A DNA stretch of 64,000 nucleotides, from assembly GCA_039680575.1 (NCBI GenBank), contig JBDKSP010000071.1:44604-108603 (forward strand), given 5' to 3'. The position numbers and the translations under genes were made by a program. This stretch comes from Armatimonadota bacterium (GTDB lineage Bacteria; Armatimonadota; UBA5829; DTLH01). Under the pieces are notes generated by a model. That model was not told the DNA's origin. It saw only the letters and a list, made by a program, of their open reading frames with translations, and did not search any database. This document shows, in pieces, positions 50,277-59,653 of the stretch. How positions within the stretch are numbered: position 1 is the first letter of the stretch; the number at the start of each line of letters is the position of its first letter.

Positions 50277-50470
50277 CGTTTTTTCGGGGTATCCCTACCC
50301 CGAAACCTGCTTATGGGCGCTAGGGCAACTGCCGACTACTATATCAGGCGGACTATATACGGAAATGGTGGGCTTCGGCGCAAATGCGCGCGAAGCATTC
50401 CAAAACTTCCACCATCTCCCGTAGATTCTGAATTCTCTCTGTTCTCTCTTCCCTATCTTCGCCCGTTTCC

Positions 50471-50499
50471 TTGACTTGAGCACGGCTATTAGGTAATCT
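50471..50499 (+). promoter_or_regulatory. Sigma70-type promoter of tkt
   Basis: TTGACT-N17-TAATCT. Confidence 0.5.
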
Positions 50500-50556
50500 T
50501 AAGTTCGGTGAAACTAAATGATCGCCAAGTGAAATTATGTACCAGAGAGGTTATTT

Positions 50557-52599
50557 ATGCAGAAGCTCAGCGTGGAATCGGAGTTAGCCCAACTTTCCGT
50601 CAATACCATCCGGTTCCTTTGTGTCGATATGGTCGAGAAAGCAAAATCCGGCCATCCAGGAATGCCGTGCGGCGCGGCAGATTATGCCTTTGTGTTGTGG
50701 AGTAAATTCCTGCGCTACGATCCCATTACCCCCAGGTGGCCGAACAGGGACAGGTTCGTGCTTTCCGCGGGACATGGCTCAACGCTGCTGTACTCCCTGC
50801 TGCACCTTGCGGGAAACCCCGAAATCACGCTCGATGAGCTGAAGTCTTTCCGCCAGTGGGGAAGCAAGACCCCCGGCCATCCCGAAGCCGATGTTGACCG
50901 CGGGATAGAGACGACTACCGGTCCGCTCGGACAGGGGTTCGCAAATGGCGTCGGAATGGCTATCGCAGGCAAGATGATGGCTGCAAGGTTCAACAAGCCC
51001 GGCTATGACATCATCGACCACCATGTCTACGGCATAGTGAGCGACGGCGACCTGATGGAGGGGATTTCTCACGAAGCTGCATCTATCGCGGGACATCTTG
51101 GCCTCGGCAACCTGATCTACATCTACGACGATAACAAGATAAGCATCGAAGGCTCTACAGATATTGCATTCTCCGAGGACATCGAGCTCAGGTTCAAGAG
51201 CTACGGCTGGCAGGTGCTGAAAGTCGATGGTCACAACAGAAGAGAGATCGACTCAGCCATCGCATCAGCGCGGACAGACACTTCCAGACCTACTATCATC
51301 ATCGCCAAGACCCACATCGGCTGCTGCGCTCCCACAAAACAGGATACCAAGGAAGCCCACGGCGAACCGTTCGGGCATGATGAAGTCACCGCCATGAAGA
51401 ATTGCCTCAATTGGCCGCTCGAACCCGACTTCTACGTGCCGAACGACGTAAAAAGTTTGTGGGCCGAGTGGCGCGAAGACAGGCGCGTGATGAGAAGCAG
51501 CTGGGAAGAGATGTTCAAAAAATACCGCTCGGAATACCCCGACCTTGCAAAAGAGTGGGATGAAATGCAAAACCGCCAGGTCCCGCAGGAGATCACCGAC
51601 CAACTGCTCGCCTCTGTGGACACGAGCAAGGAGATGGCGACAAGAGCGTCCGGCGGTCTGGTGCTCCAGGAAGCGGCAAAACTAGTCCCAAGCCTCTGCG
51701 GAGGCTCCGCGGACCTCGCCCCGTCCACAAAAACTTGGATCAAAGGCTTCGACGCAATAGAAAAAGGCGGGTTCTCAGGCCGGAACTTCCATTTCGGCAT
51801 CCGCGAACACGCGATGGGCTCGATTATGAACGGCATGGCGCTCTACGGAGGGTTTATACCGTTCGGATCGACGTTCTTCACATTCTCGGACTACACCCGC
51901 CCGACGCACCGCATCGCCGCCATCAATAAGAGCCAGGTAATCTATGTATACACGCATGACAGCTTCTTCGTGGGCGAGGACGGACCGACCCACCAGCCGA
52001 TAGAGCACCTTGCGAGCCTCCGAGCAATCCCAGGGGTAACGGTCATCCGGCCTGCGGACGCCGCCGAGACGGCAGTTGCCTGGGCAGCCGCACTGAAGAA
52101 CGCATCCGGTCCGACTGTGCTGGTGCTTTCCCGCCAGAACCTCCCGCCGGTCTACAAAAACAGCCCTGAGGAAGCGAAATGGCTTGAGAAGGGCGCTTAT
52201 GTAGTCTCAGACTCTCCCGAAGAGAAGACCGATGTCATACTTATCGCCACCGGATCGGAAGTCAGCGCAGCGATAAAGGCTCAGAAGCTGCTGGCTCCGG
52301 GCGGGATCAACTGCAGGGTCGTATCTATGCCGAGTTTCGAGCTTTTCGAGGCACAGTCGAAGGAATACCGCGACAGCGTCCTGCCCCCAAGCATAACTTC
52401 GAGGGTCGCGATAGAAGCCGCGTCGCCGTTCGGCTGGGAAAGATATACGGGCTGCAAGGGGATTATCATCGGGATGGACCACTTCGGCGCTTCCGCCCCG
52501 GCAGGCCTACTTGCTGAGAAGTTCGGGTTCACGCCTGAGGCCATCGCCGCCCGCGTGAGGAAATACTTAAACCGCGGCTGCTGCTGTTGCGGCTGCTGA
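50557..52599 (+). CDS. tkt: Transketolase
   Basis: SGHPG, DRFVLSAGH, TTGPLGQG, SDGDLMEG, GIREHAM, GEDGPTHQP. Confidence 0.99.
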   Translation: MQKLSVESELAQLSVNTIRFLCVDMVEKAKSGHPGMPCGAADYAFVLWSKFLRYDPITPRWPNRDRFVLSAGHGSTLLYSLLHLAGNPEITLDELKSFRQWGSKTPGHPEADVDRGIETTTGPLGQGFANGVGMAIAGKMMAARFNKPGYDIIDHHVYGIVSDGDLMEGISHEAASIAGHLGLGNLIYIYDDNKISIEGSTDIAFSEDIELRFKSYGWQVLKVDGHNRREIDSAIASARTDTSRPTIIIAKTHIGCCAPTKQDTKEAHGEPFGHDEVTAMKNCLNWPLEPDFYVPNDVKSLWAEWREDRRVMRSSWEEMFKKYRSEYPDLAKEWDEMQNRQVPQEITDQLLASVDTSKEMATRASGGLVLQEAAKLVPSLCGGSADLAPSTKTWIKGFDAIEKGGFSGRNFHFGIREHAMGSIMNGMALYGGFIPFGSTFFTFSDYTRPTHRIAAINKSQVIYVYTHDSFFVGEDGPTHQPIEHLASLRAIPGVTVIRPADAAETAVAWAAALKNASGPTVLVLSRQNLPPVYKNSPEEAKWLEKGAYVVSDSPEEKTDVILIATGSEVSAAIKAQKLLAPGGINCRVVSMPSFELFEAQSKEYRDSVLPPSITSRVAIEAASPFGWERYTGCKGIIIGMDHFGASAPAGLLAEKFGFTPEAIAARVRKYLNRGCCCCGC

Positions 52600-52614
52600 T
52601 AATGTTGGTTATAA

Positions 52615-52646
52615 GAGCTTCGGCGTGTTTTATTATGCCGAAGCTC
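52615..52646. terminator. Hairpin between convergent tkt and PIN genes
   Basis: GAGCTTCGGCGT / ATGCCGAAGCTC. Confidence 0.6.
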
Positions 52647-52663
52647 GATAAACTGATTGATTA

Positions 52664-53896
52664 TTAATTAGACTCTTCTGTATGCTTTCTATGCAGATGT
52701 AGTGTGCCTTTAACTACCTCTGGTTGATTGTCAGCAAATATATGGTACTGCACAGATTGGTCTTTAGCGTCTGCTGGATCATCGTACACAATATAAGCTG
52801 GAGGCAAATATATCGGCTGTTTGTGCTTCACTCTATTCAAATGATAAGATACAGAAGCATCTTCTTCTGAAATCACTGGTCCATTAATCTCAATCCCAGC
52901 CATAGGTTTTGGCGTTTGCATCATTGTTTCAGATTTGACAAATGGTGGCACAGGTGATGATTGCCATGCCAAAGAGACTTTAGGTTTTTCAGGTTCCAGC
53001 CCAACATTATTATTTCCGCTTAGAACAATGCCTGTAGGAAAACTAATCTTGATATCTACATCCTCAGCAGGTACATTCCCACCGTTGGCGACTAGAAATC
53101 GCATTGCAACAATGTGTCCTTGATAATATGATACCTGTTTCAACCAACTTTCGTAGTTTTTGAGGTATCCTCGCACCCGTTCATCATGCTCGTATTGCGA
53201 GAAATTATCATCAAATATGTAGCGGCGTCCACTTTGGTTGCGTTCCCATATCTCTTTACAGCACATTTCTATTTTTTGTTTTGGAATCTCTTCTAGGCAA
53301 AACTCCTGATGTTTTTTCATATCTGCAAACATTATATCAAGAACTGGCATACGAGATTTGAGTTTAGCATTCTCACGTTCTAAATTCCTTATCCGCTTCT
53401 GATCTGAATCTTCCTCTTCAGGAAGAAGGTACTTATTACCGGCCCAAAACACGGCCTGTAACTTCCGTCCTCTTGCCTTCACATTCACGCCAGTATCCGA
53501 AGTCAGAATAGTCACCGGCGAATCAGGATGATCATTATTCCATTCTATTGCATGAGCAAGAAGTCGATCATCTTCAATCCGGTGGCGTAGTCTATGCAAA
53601 CTAAAATCAATATGTGGCTCATAATCGAGAAACCTTAACACTACACCATTGCGAATCTCTGCCTCCAAGCCTTTACTGTTTATAACAGAGTTGAGCCACT
53701 TAACACAATCCGCTGCCCTATGCCTTAATAGTTTGGATTGATTACGGACCTTATGATCTTCCAGCTCACCTATAACAACTGGAGGAATAAGTATAACAAT
53801 TCTCTCAACATCAAACTCTTTTAGCCAATCTATCTGATCAAGTTGTCTGTAGTGAAGTAGTATATTAGTATCAATTAGTATTGTCTTCATAATCAT
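52664..53896 (-). CDS. PIN-domain protein with coiled coil and unknown C-terminal domain
   Basis: ILIDTNILL, VIGELE, EDDRLL, LTSD (four acidic PIN residues). AT-rich. Confidence 0.8.
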   Translation of the reverse strand: MIMKTILIDTNILLHYRQLDQIDWLKEFDVERIVILIPPVVIGELEDHKVRNQSKLLRHRAADCVKWLNSVINSKGLEAEIRNGVVLRFLDYEPHIDFSLHRLRHRIEDDRLLAHAIEWNNDHPDSPVTILTSDTGVNVKARGRKLQAVFWAGNKYLLPEEEDSDQKRIRNLERENAKLKSRMPVLDIMFADMKKHQEFCLEEIPKQKIEMCCKEIWERNQSGRRYIFDDNFSQYEHDERVRGYLKNYESWLKQVSYYQGHIVAMRFLVANGGNVPAEDVDIKISFPTGIVLSGNNNVGLEPEKPKVSLAWQSSPVPPFVKSETMMQTPKPMAGIEINGPVISEEDASVSYHLNRVKHKQPIYLPPAYIVYDDPADAKDQSVQYHIFADNQPEVVKGTLHLHRKHTEESN

Positions 53897-53913
53897 AGTA
53901 GAGTAAAAATACC

Positions 53914-53948
53914 AAAAAAGCCCCAGGTTTACTGCCTGAGGCTCTTTG
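53914..53948 (-). terminator. Rho-independent terminator after sucD
   Basis: Minus strand AGCCTCAGG..CCTGGGGC followed by TTTTTT. Confidence 0.7.
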
Positions 53949-53992
53949 AAGTTTATGAACTATCCACTTTCTATCGTTCCAGCACAACCAAA

Positions 53993-54031
53993 GCTGATTG
54001 CTGACGGCTGATAGCTGACAGCTATTAGCTA
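53993..54031. repeat. GCTGAnn heptamer array starting at the sucD stop
   Basis: GCTGATT GCTGACG GCTGATA GCTGACA GCTATTA GCTA. Confidence 0.75.
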
Positions 54032-54904
54032 TCTCCCCTTCAGCGCTTTTTTGACCAGCGCGGGGATTTCCTGCGTCGTATCGGCAATCGCAACCTTTGC
54101 TGCCGTAAGCGCTTCAATTTTGGCTTCAGGTGTGCCGCTCTTGCCGGATATAATCGCTCCGGCGTGGCCCATCCGCTTTCCGGGAGGCGCGGAACGGCCG
54201 GAAATGAACCCGATCACCGGCTTTTTCATCCGCTTGATGTAGTCCGCGGCTATTTCCTCATCGCTTCCGCCGATCTCACCGACCATAACCACAGCTTTCG
54301 TCTCCGGGTCGGACTCGAAAAGCGGCAGGGCGTCCACAAACCTCATTCCGAGGATTGGGTCGCCGCCGATGCCTATGCAGGTCGTCTGGCCGAGCCCGGC
54401 GCGGGTGAGTTCGTCGACTATTTCATAGGTAAGAGTGCCGCTTCTTGAGATCACGCCGACATTTCCCGGTTTGAAGATATTTCCCGGCATAATCCCGATC
54501 TTGCACTTGCCCGCCGATGTAAGGCCAGGGCAGTTCGGACCGATAAGCCTTGTCCTTCTGGACTCACGGACGACATCGACCACACGGATCATATCCTGGG
54601 TCGGCAAACCGTCCGTAATAGCAACGATCAGGTCCAATCCGGCATCGACACCCTCCAAGATAGCATCCATCGCGAACCGCGCGGGGACGAAAATACAGGC
54701 TGCGTTGGCTCCGGTCTCGGAAACGGCATCTTTCACGGTATCATAGACCGGGACTCCGAGCGATTCGGTCCCGCCCTTGCCCGGCGTAACGCCAGCGACG
54801 ACTTTTGTTCCGTATTCAATCATCTGCTTGGAATGAAACTGGCCTTCGCGGCCTGTCAGCCCCTGGATGAGAACCCTCGTATTCTGATCGATCAGTATGC
54901 TCAA
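54029..54904 (-). CDS. sucD: Succinyl-CoA synthetase alpha subunit
   Basis: [39 protein letters not shown]. Confidence 0.98.
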   Translation of the reverse strand: MSILIDQNTRVLIQGLTGREGQFHSKQMIEYGTKVVAGVTPGKGGTESLGVPVYDTVKDAVSETGANAACIFVPARFAMDAILEGVDAGLDLIVAITDGLPTQDMIRVVDVVRESRRTRLIGPNCPGLTSAGKCKIGIMPGNIFKPGNVGVISRSGTLTYEIVDELTRAGLGQTTCIGIGGDPILGMRFVDALPLFESDPETKAVVMVGEIGGSDEEIAADYIKRMKKPVIGFISGRSAPPGKRMGHAGAIISGKSGTPEAKIEALTAAKVAIADTTQEIPALVKKALKGR

Positions 54905-54939
54905 TGCCTAATCTCCTTTATAAATCCTATCCGCATCCG

Positions 54940-56361
54940 CTAATCGCTCTGCAGCGCCTCTTTCGGCAGCCGGTTGAATATATCGTTGAAAGCGGCAGTC
55001 AGGACTTTCTGCGGAAAGTCCACATTCTTGAATTCTAACCATACCACAACTTTGCCGCTGGCGACGAAGAAATCTCTATGAGATACTTTCCGGTTCCCCT
55101 TCTTCTCGATATACTCCCGTTTGAATGTTTTATCTGCTTTTATCCAGCTAAACCCAGAAACCACTGGTTCCTTTATCAAATCTGCATTTACTTTTGTGTC
55201 AGCTTTCCTGTTCAGGTATTTTATAGCCTCACAAGAAGAGTCGAAAACAGTTAATGTTGCAATTACAGATGAGTCTTTCCCCGTCAATTCGACATCTTTC
55301 ACATAGTCGCAATGGCTAAAGACATCACGGTCCTTTTCTGGAAGCGTAAGCGCTGCTCCACGCAACTTCATTGCACCAAGTTCGACTTCTTCTACCTTCC
55401 ACTGCCTGTTTCCAAAGTGCTTTGCCACATCGCCTAACGCGTTGCGATAATCCCGGCTCGCCGGTATAGTCGGCGAATACGTCTCCGGGTGAAAGACCAT
55501 AGCCGATGTTGCTGGAGGATTCGCAAGTATTCTCCACACAAACGCGCTGCCCCGGTTCTTGTAGTGCCATGCGATGAAATCTCGACCGCTATAGTATATG
55601 AGCTTATAAATCGCCGTGTTAACAGCACCAACATCGGCACCAGTTGGACCAGATGCCATCACGTAATTTTTGTACCGCTGTTGAACTTCTTCCAGTCCAA
55701 GCCGCTTCGCGACACTATCCTCAATGAACTGTGCAAAACCTTCAAAAGCAGCATTTGTCGCCATTACTTCATCAGGGATTGGCGGTATTGCCCTCCTCAA
55801 ATTAGCATACGTTAACGATGCATTGTCAGCGACCATAGGTTTAATATCGTTGAAACAACTTTTCTCTAATAAACCATACTGATCGCATAACGCATGGGCC
55901 AGTTCGTGAGCAAGTATCGCCCGTATATACTTCTCTTTATCACTCCCGGCAATCTTGGCAGATTGCATACGCTTATCGACTTGATTAGGTACTATAAATA
56001 TCTTGTCAATACTGTAATGGTATACAGCGATAGATTCTTTAAACTGTAATTCAGCTCGCTTTTCTGCCAACCGACGCGCATTGGATTCATTGCCTCTCTG
56101 AACCCAATCCTTGTTGTCGACCAAAGATTGTTCCGCACCCAACTTTATCAGCTCATCGGTAGTCAAAACCTTGCATTCCGGCACCTTTTTGAACTTTCGC
56201 CCTGCCACATTTTCTACAAGCGGCACAAGCTCCTTGACCCAGGCCTCTGCATGTGCCTGAGTCAAGATCTCCTTATCCGCATCAGTCTGAGACGTGCATC
56301 CTGCACATCCGAGGAGTAATCCAATCACAACTAAGGTAATGCAGTGGAACCGGTGGTTCAT
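54940..56361 (-). CDS. Putative lipoprotein with HExxH zinc-metallopeptidase motif
   Basis: Lipobox-like LLLGCAGC, ILAHELAHAL, downstream FEGFA (third ligand E). AT-richer than its neighbours. Confidence 0.65.
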   Translation of the reverse strand: MNHRFHCITLVVIGLLLGCAGCTSQTDADKEILTQAHAEAWVKELVPLVENVAGRKFKKVPECKVLTTDELIKLGAEQSLVDNKDWVQRGNESNARRLAEKRAELQFKESIAVYHYSIDKIFIVPNQVDKRMQSAKIAGSDKEKYIRAILAHELAHALCDQYGLLEKSCFNDIKPMVADNASLTYANLRRAIPPIPDEVMATNAAFEGFAQFIEDSVAKRLGLEEVQQRYKNYVMASGPTGADVGAVNTAIYKLIYYSGRDFIAWHYKNRGSAFVWRILANPPATSAMVFHPETYSPTIPASRDYRNALGDVAKHFGNRQWKVEEVELGAMKLRGAALTLPEKDRDVFSHCDYVKDVELTGKDSSVIATLTVFDSSCEAIKYLNRKADTKVNADLIKEPVVSGFSWIKADKTFKREYIEKKGNRKVSHRDFFVASGKVVVWLEFKNVDFPQKVLTAAFNDIFNRLPKEALQSD

Positions 56362-56379
56362 TTTGCCCTCGGTACAGCT

Positions 56380-57510
56380 TTATTTTGCCAGCGCGACGAT
56401 CTTTTCCGCCGCTTCCTGCATCGTCGCAGCCGGGATCAGCTTGCTGCCTTCGAGCAGCTTCTGGCCGGCCTCAGCCATCGTACCGGTAAGCCTTGCGACT
56501 ATCGGGACTTTGATCTCCATAGTCGATGTAGCTTCGAGTATCCCCTTGGCGACTTCATCGCACCGCGTAATCCCGCCGAAAACGTTAAAAAATACGCCTT
56601 TGACCTTGGGGTCCAGTAACACGACTTCGAGCGCGCTTCGGACTAGCTCCGCCTGAGCGCCGCCGCCGATGTCCAGGAAGTTTGCGGCGTTCCCACCGGC
56701 ACGTTTGACCTCGTCCAGCGTCGCCATGACGAGCCCTGCGCCGTTTCCGATGATCCCGATGTGCCCGTCCAACCTGACATACTGAATGCCTCTTCTGTGC
56801 GCTTCAGCCTCTATCGGGTCTTCTTCGCTCTCTTCCTTGTATTCGTTGAACTCTGGATGCCTGAAGAGGGCGTTATCGTCTATGTTGATCTTGGCGTCTG
56901 CCGCGATGACTTCGCCTTCTTTGGTGAGGACGAGCGGATTGATCTCAGCAAGCGAGGCATCAGTGTCGATATAAGCCGTATAAAGCGCCCGCAGGAACTT
57001 GGTCGCCTGAGCCACTATGCTTCTCGGCAGCCCCGCATCAAAAATGAGCTTGCGGATCTGGAAGTCCATCAGCCCGCGTGACGGGTCGATGTGCATCTTG
57101 GTGATCTTCTCGGGAGTGGTTGCCGCGACTTCCTCGATATCTACGCCGCCCGCCGCGCTCACCATCACGACATTTTTCTGCATATTGCGGTCGATTGTAA
57201 TACCGAGGTAGTATTCCTGGTCGATATTTATCGCTTTCTCGACCAGAACCTTCTCGATAGTCAGCCCTTTGAGCTCGCTTCCGAGCATAGCATTTGCAAT
57301 CGATTCTGCTTCAGACGGGTCCTTGGCAACCTTGATCCCTCCGGCCTTGCCTCGGCCGCCGACATGGACCTGAGCCTTAACTACAACCGGCGCGCCGATC
57401 TCCTTGGCAAAGCCTGCCGCATCTTCTGCGTTGTTGCAGACTCTACCAACCGGAACCGGCACACCGTATCCTGCCAGTAATTGTTTTGCCTGGTATTCGT
57501 GTATTTTCAA
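56380..57510 (-). CDS. sucC: Succinyl-CoA synthetase beta subunit
   Basis: MKIHEYQAK, KAQVHVGGRGKAGG, EINPL, GNGAGL, NFLDIGGG, FGGITRCD. Confidence 0.98.
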   Translation of the reverse strand: MKIHEYQAKQLLAGYGVPVPVGRVCNNAEDAAGFAKEIGAPVVVKAQVHVGGRGKAGGIKVAKDPSEAESIANAMLGSELKGLTIEKVLVEKAINIDQEYYLGITIDRNMQKNVVMVSAAGGVDIEEVAATTPEKITKMHIDPSRGLMDFQIRKLIFDAGLPRSIVAQATKFLRALYTAYIDTDASLAEINPLVLTKEGEVIAADAKINIDDNALFRHPEFNEYKEESEEDPIEAEAHRRGIQYVRLDGHIGIIGNGAGLVMATLDEVKRAGGNAANFLDIGGGAQAELVRSALEVVLLDPKVKGVFFNVFGGITRCDEVAKGILEATSTMEIKVPIVARLTGTMAEAGQKLLEGSKLIPAATMQEAAEKIVALAK

Positions 57511-57639
57511 GTTCCTCTCCTCGTCTCAAACAGGATGGAGATCTACTTTAGCTCTGATATTTGCTAATCATAACATTGTGTAGCGTCGTTACGCATCACA
57601 CTTTATTGGCCAAAGCATCGACTGGCATCATAATGCATC

Positions 57640-57695
57640 TGCCATATCATGCCATATCATGCCATATCGTGCCATATCGTGCCATATCGTGCCAT
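57640..57695. repeat. 10-bp tandem repeat (TGCCATATCR) x5.5
   Basis: TGCCATATCA x2, TGCCATATCG x3, then TGCCAT. Confidence 0.9.
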
Positions 57696-57697
57696 CA

Positions 57698-59035
57698 CTA
57701 GCCCTTAGTCGCAGTTGCCAACATGTAGCGAGTGTTTCTTGCCTTGCCTTCACGAACAAGAACACCTGTCTCAATAAGACTATTAAGATCCCTTATCGCT
57801 TGGCGCGTACTAATCTGGAAAATACTTTGATATTCCTTTGCGGTAATCGAGCCATTTATTCGAATATGAGCTAGTAATTCGACTAAACGGCCACTCAGCC
57901 CGACACTGTCGGGCAAATTATCCGCTGCAGCTACCTTTTTGAACCGGACTATGAATGTACCCATCTCTGATACAAACTCAGGGACAGGTAAACCCGCGGA
58001 TTTGCATGCTGCTACTATTCGCAGTGTTCCTGTTCCCCATTGTTCGATTAATCTGGCACGATGCATAGCTAATGCCAGCTTGCGGTTCCTTGGACATGAT
58101 GGATGCTCCCGATAAAGGTCATCCACCAAAATCCCAGGGGGCAACGGTCCCGGACTCCAGACCTCTAATCTATCATCATATATGCGGACCTGCACTGTCC
58201 CAGACATTGCATAATCTCTATGGCAGATTGCATTAGCAAGGGCTTCTCTAACAGCCTCCAGAGGATATTCTGCAACTACATCATGGGCAGCTTTGCCAGT
58301 GATCACAATGGACCTTTGGGTATTACGCTCCACAAAAGCCAATGCTGCCTCCAATTGGCTGATCACCGAACCATCAAGCGTTTGCTCATCTATAAAATCA
58401 ATGGATGCTGTACCTCTAAAACGAGCGCATTTTACTTGTGCATCCGGGAAGTACCGCTGTGGGTTTTGTCCAAACAGCAGAACAGCACCATTTGCAATAC
58501 TTCGCGATGCGCAAAGACCGAGATTTTCAACCACTGTCTTACTGCTGGAATCCAAACTCTGCCCGACTCTTTTTAGATAATCTTCAACAGCTTCTCTATC
58601 AAGTTCATCAGCTTTGAATTCTCCACATACCAAAGCATCCCATGTTCTACCCGTTGTAGATTCGCTTAGCCTTTGCGTTTCCTGCGGCGTAAGCTGCTGG
58701 TTAGTCCTTCCAACACGCTTGAGCGGCCTGCCAAATGCCCATACCGGTTTAATCGGGCTTTCTGCTATTGTCAGAGTTACCACAGCGGAAGCCTCATCGC
58801 CTTCGATCGATAAAGATGGATACTGTGGCGGCTCAACATTACACTTAATCTTATTTGCTAAATCCTCAATACTGCCTTTGCCCAGTTGTACGCCTGCGTG
58901 CTGGCCATTGGGTGTGACACCTATCTGTATCACACCTCCTCTTGATGTCGCAAACGCCGCTACAGACTCGACGATCTCCTTCCATTCGCCAAGCGATGTC
59001 TTGTATTCCAGCTTTTCCGATTCACCTTCAGTCAT
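57698..59035 (-). CDS. AlbA_2/Schlafen + HATPase_c_4 + HTH protein
   Basis: GESEKLEYK...VAAFATSRGG...IGV, YP..AVREALANAICHRDY, RLEVWSPG, PRN, IEQWGTG, C-terminal wHTH. Confidence 0.88.
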   Translation of the reverse strand: MTEGESEKLEYKTSLGEWKEIVESVAAFATSRGGVIQIGVTPNGQHAGVQLGKGSIEDLANKIKCNVEPPQYPSLSIEGDEASAVVTLTIAESPIKPVWAFGRPLKRVGRTNQQLTPQETQRLSESTTGRTWDALVCGEFKADELDREAVEDYLKRVGQSLDSSSKTVVENLGLCASRSIANGAVLLFGQNPQRYFPDAQVKCARFRGTASIDFIDEQTLDGSVISQLEAALAFVERNTQRSIVITGKAAHDVVAEYPLEAVREALANAICHRDYAMSGTVQVRIYDDRLEVWSPGPLPPGILVDDLYREHPSCPRNRKLALAMHRARLIEQWGTGTLRIVAACKSAGLPVPEFVSEMGTFIVRFKKVAAADNLPDSVGLSGRLVELLAHIRINGSITAKEYQSIFQISTRQAIRDLNSLIETGVLVREGKARNTRYMLATATKG

Positions 59036-59066
59036 ATAAATCGAGATACCCTTGTTCCAAAACAAC

Positions 59067-59098
59067 ACTGATCGCTGACGTCTGAAAGCTGACAGCTA
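59067..59098. repeat. GCTGAnn heptamer array starting at the korC stop
   Basis: ACTGATC GCTGACG TCTGAAA GCTGACA GCTA. Confidence 0.7.
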
Positions 59099-59641
59099 TA
59101 AGGCTTTCTTCGCCGCTTCAAAACCTGCATTCAGTGCTTTCAGGTTGATCTCTTCGGTCCCCTTCGGCACACGGGCAAGCACGGCTTTTTCCATGGATTC
59201 CTTGCTCACGATCCCGCTTAACGCCGTAATAGCGCCAAGCGCGACTATGTTCGCCACAATCGTCCTGCCGGTAGTCTCTTTGGCAATCGGTGTGAGCGGA
59301 AGGGCAATCACATTCGGCGCTTTTTTCCAGTCTTCAACGAAGCAGCTGTCCAGAATTGCGATTCCGTCCTCTCTCAGGTCGCCCAGGTGCTTATTGCAGG
59401 CCTCCTGAGTCATAGCGAGGAGCAGATTCGGCGATGTTACCTTTGGATAATCGATATCCGTGTCGCTTATGACGACCTCGGACTTGCTGGCACCACCCCG
59501 CGACTCCGGCCCGTAGCTCTGGGTCTGCACAGCCTCTTTCCCTTCATGGATGGAAGCCGCTTCGGCGAGAATAATCCCTGCAAGAATCAGCCCTTGCCCG
59601 CCGGAACCGGACAGTCGGATTTCGTATCTGTTATCTTTCAT
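59096..59641 (-). CDS. korC: 2-oxoacid:ferredoxin oxidoreductase gamma subunit
   Basis: EIRLSGSGGQG, QSYGPESRGG, ANIVALGA. Confidence 0.92.
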   Translation of the reverse strand: MKDNRYEIRLSGSGGQGLILAGIILAEAASIHEGKEAVQTQSYGPESRGGASKSEVVISDTDIDYPKVTSPNLLLAMTQEACNKHLGDLREDGIAILDSCFVEDWKKAPNVIALPLTPIAKETTGRTIVANIVALGAITALSGIVSKESMEKAVLARVPKGTEEINLKALNAGFEAAKKAL

Positions 59642-59653
59642 AGCTTCCCCCAA

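Noticed and set aside
57640..57695. CRISPR array
   Set aside because: 10-bp units without spacers and no cas genes. No repeat-spacer array was seen anywhere in the window.
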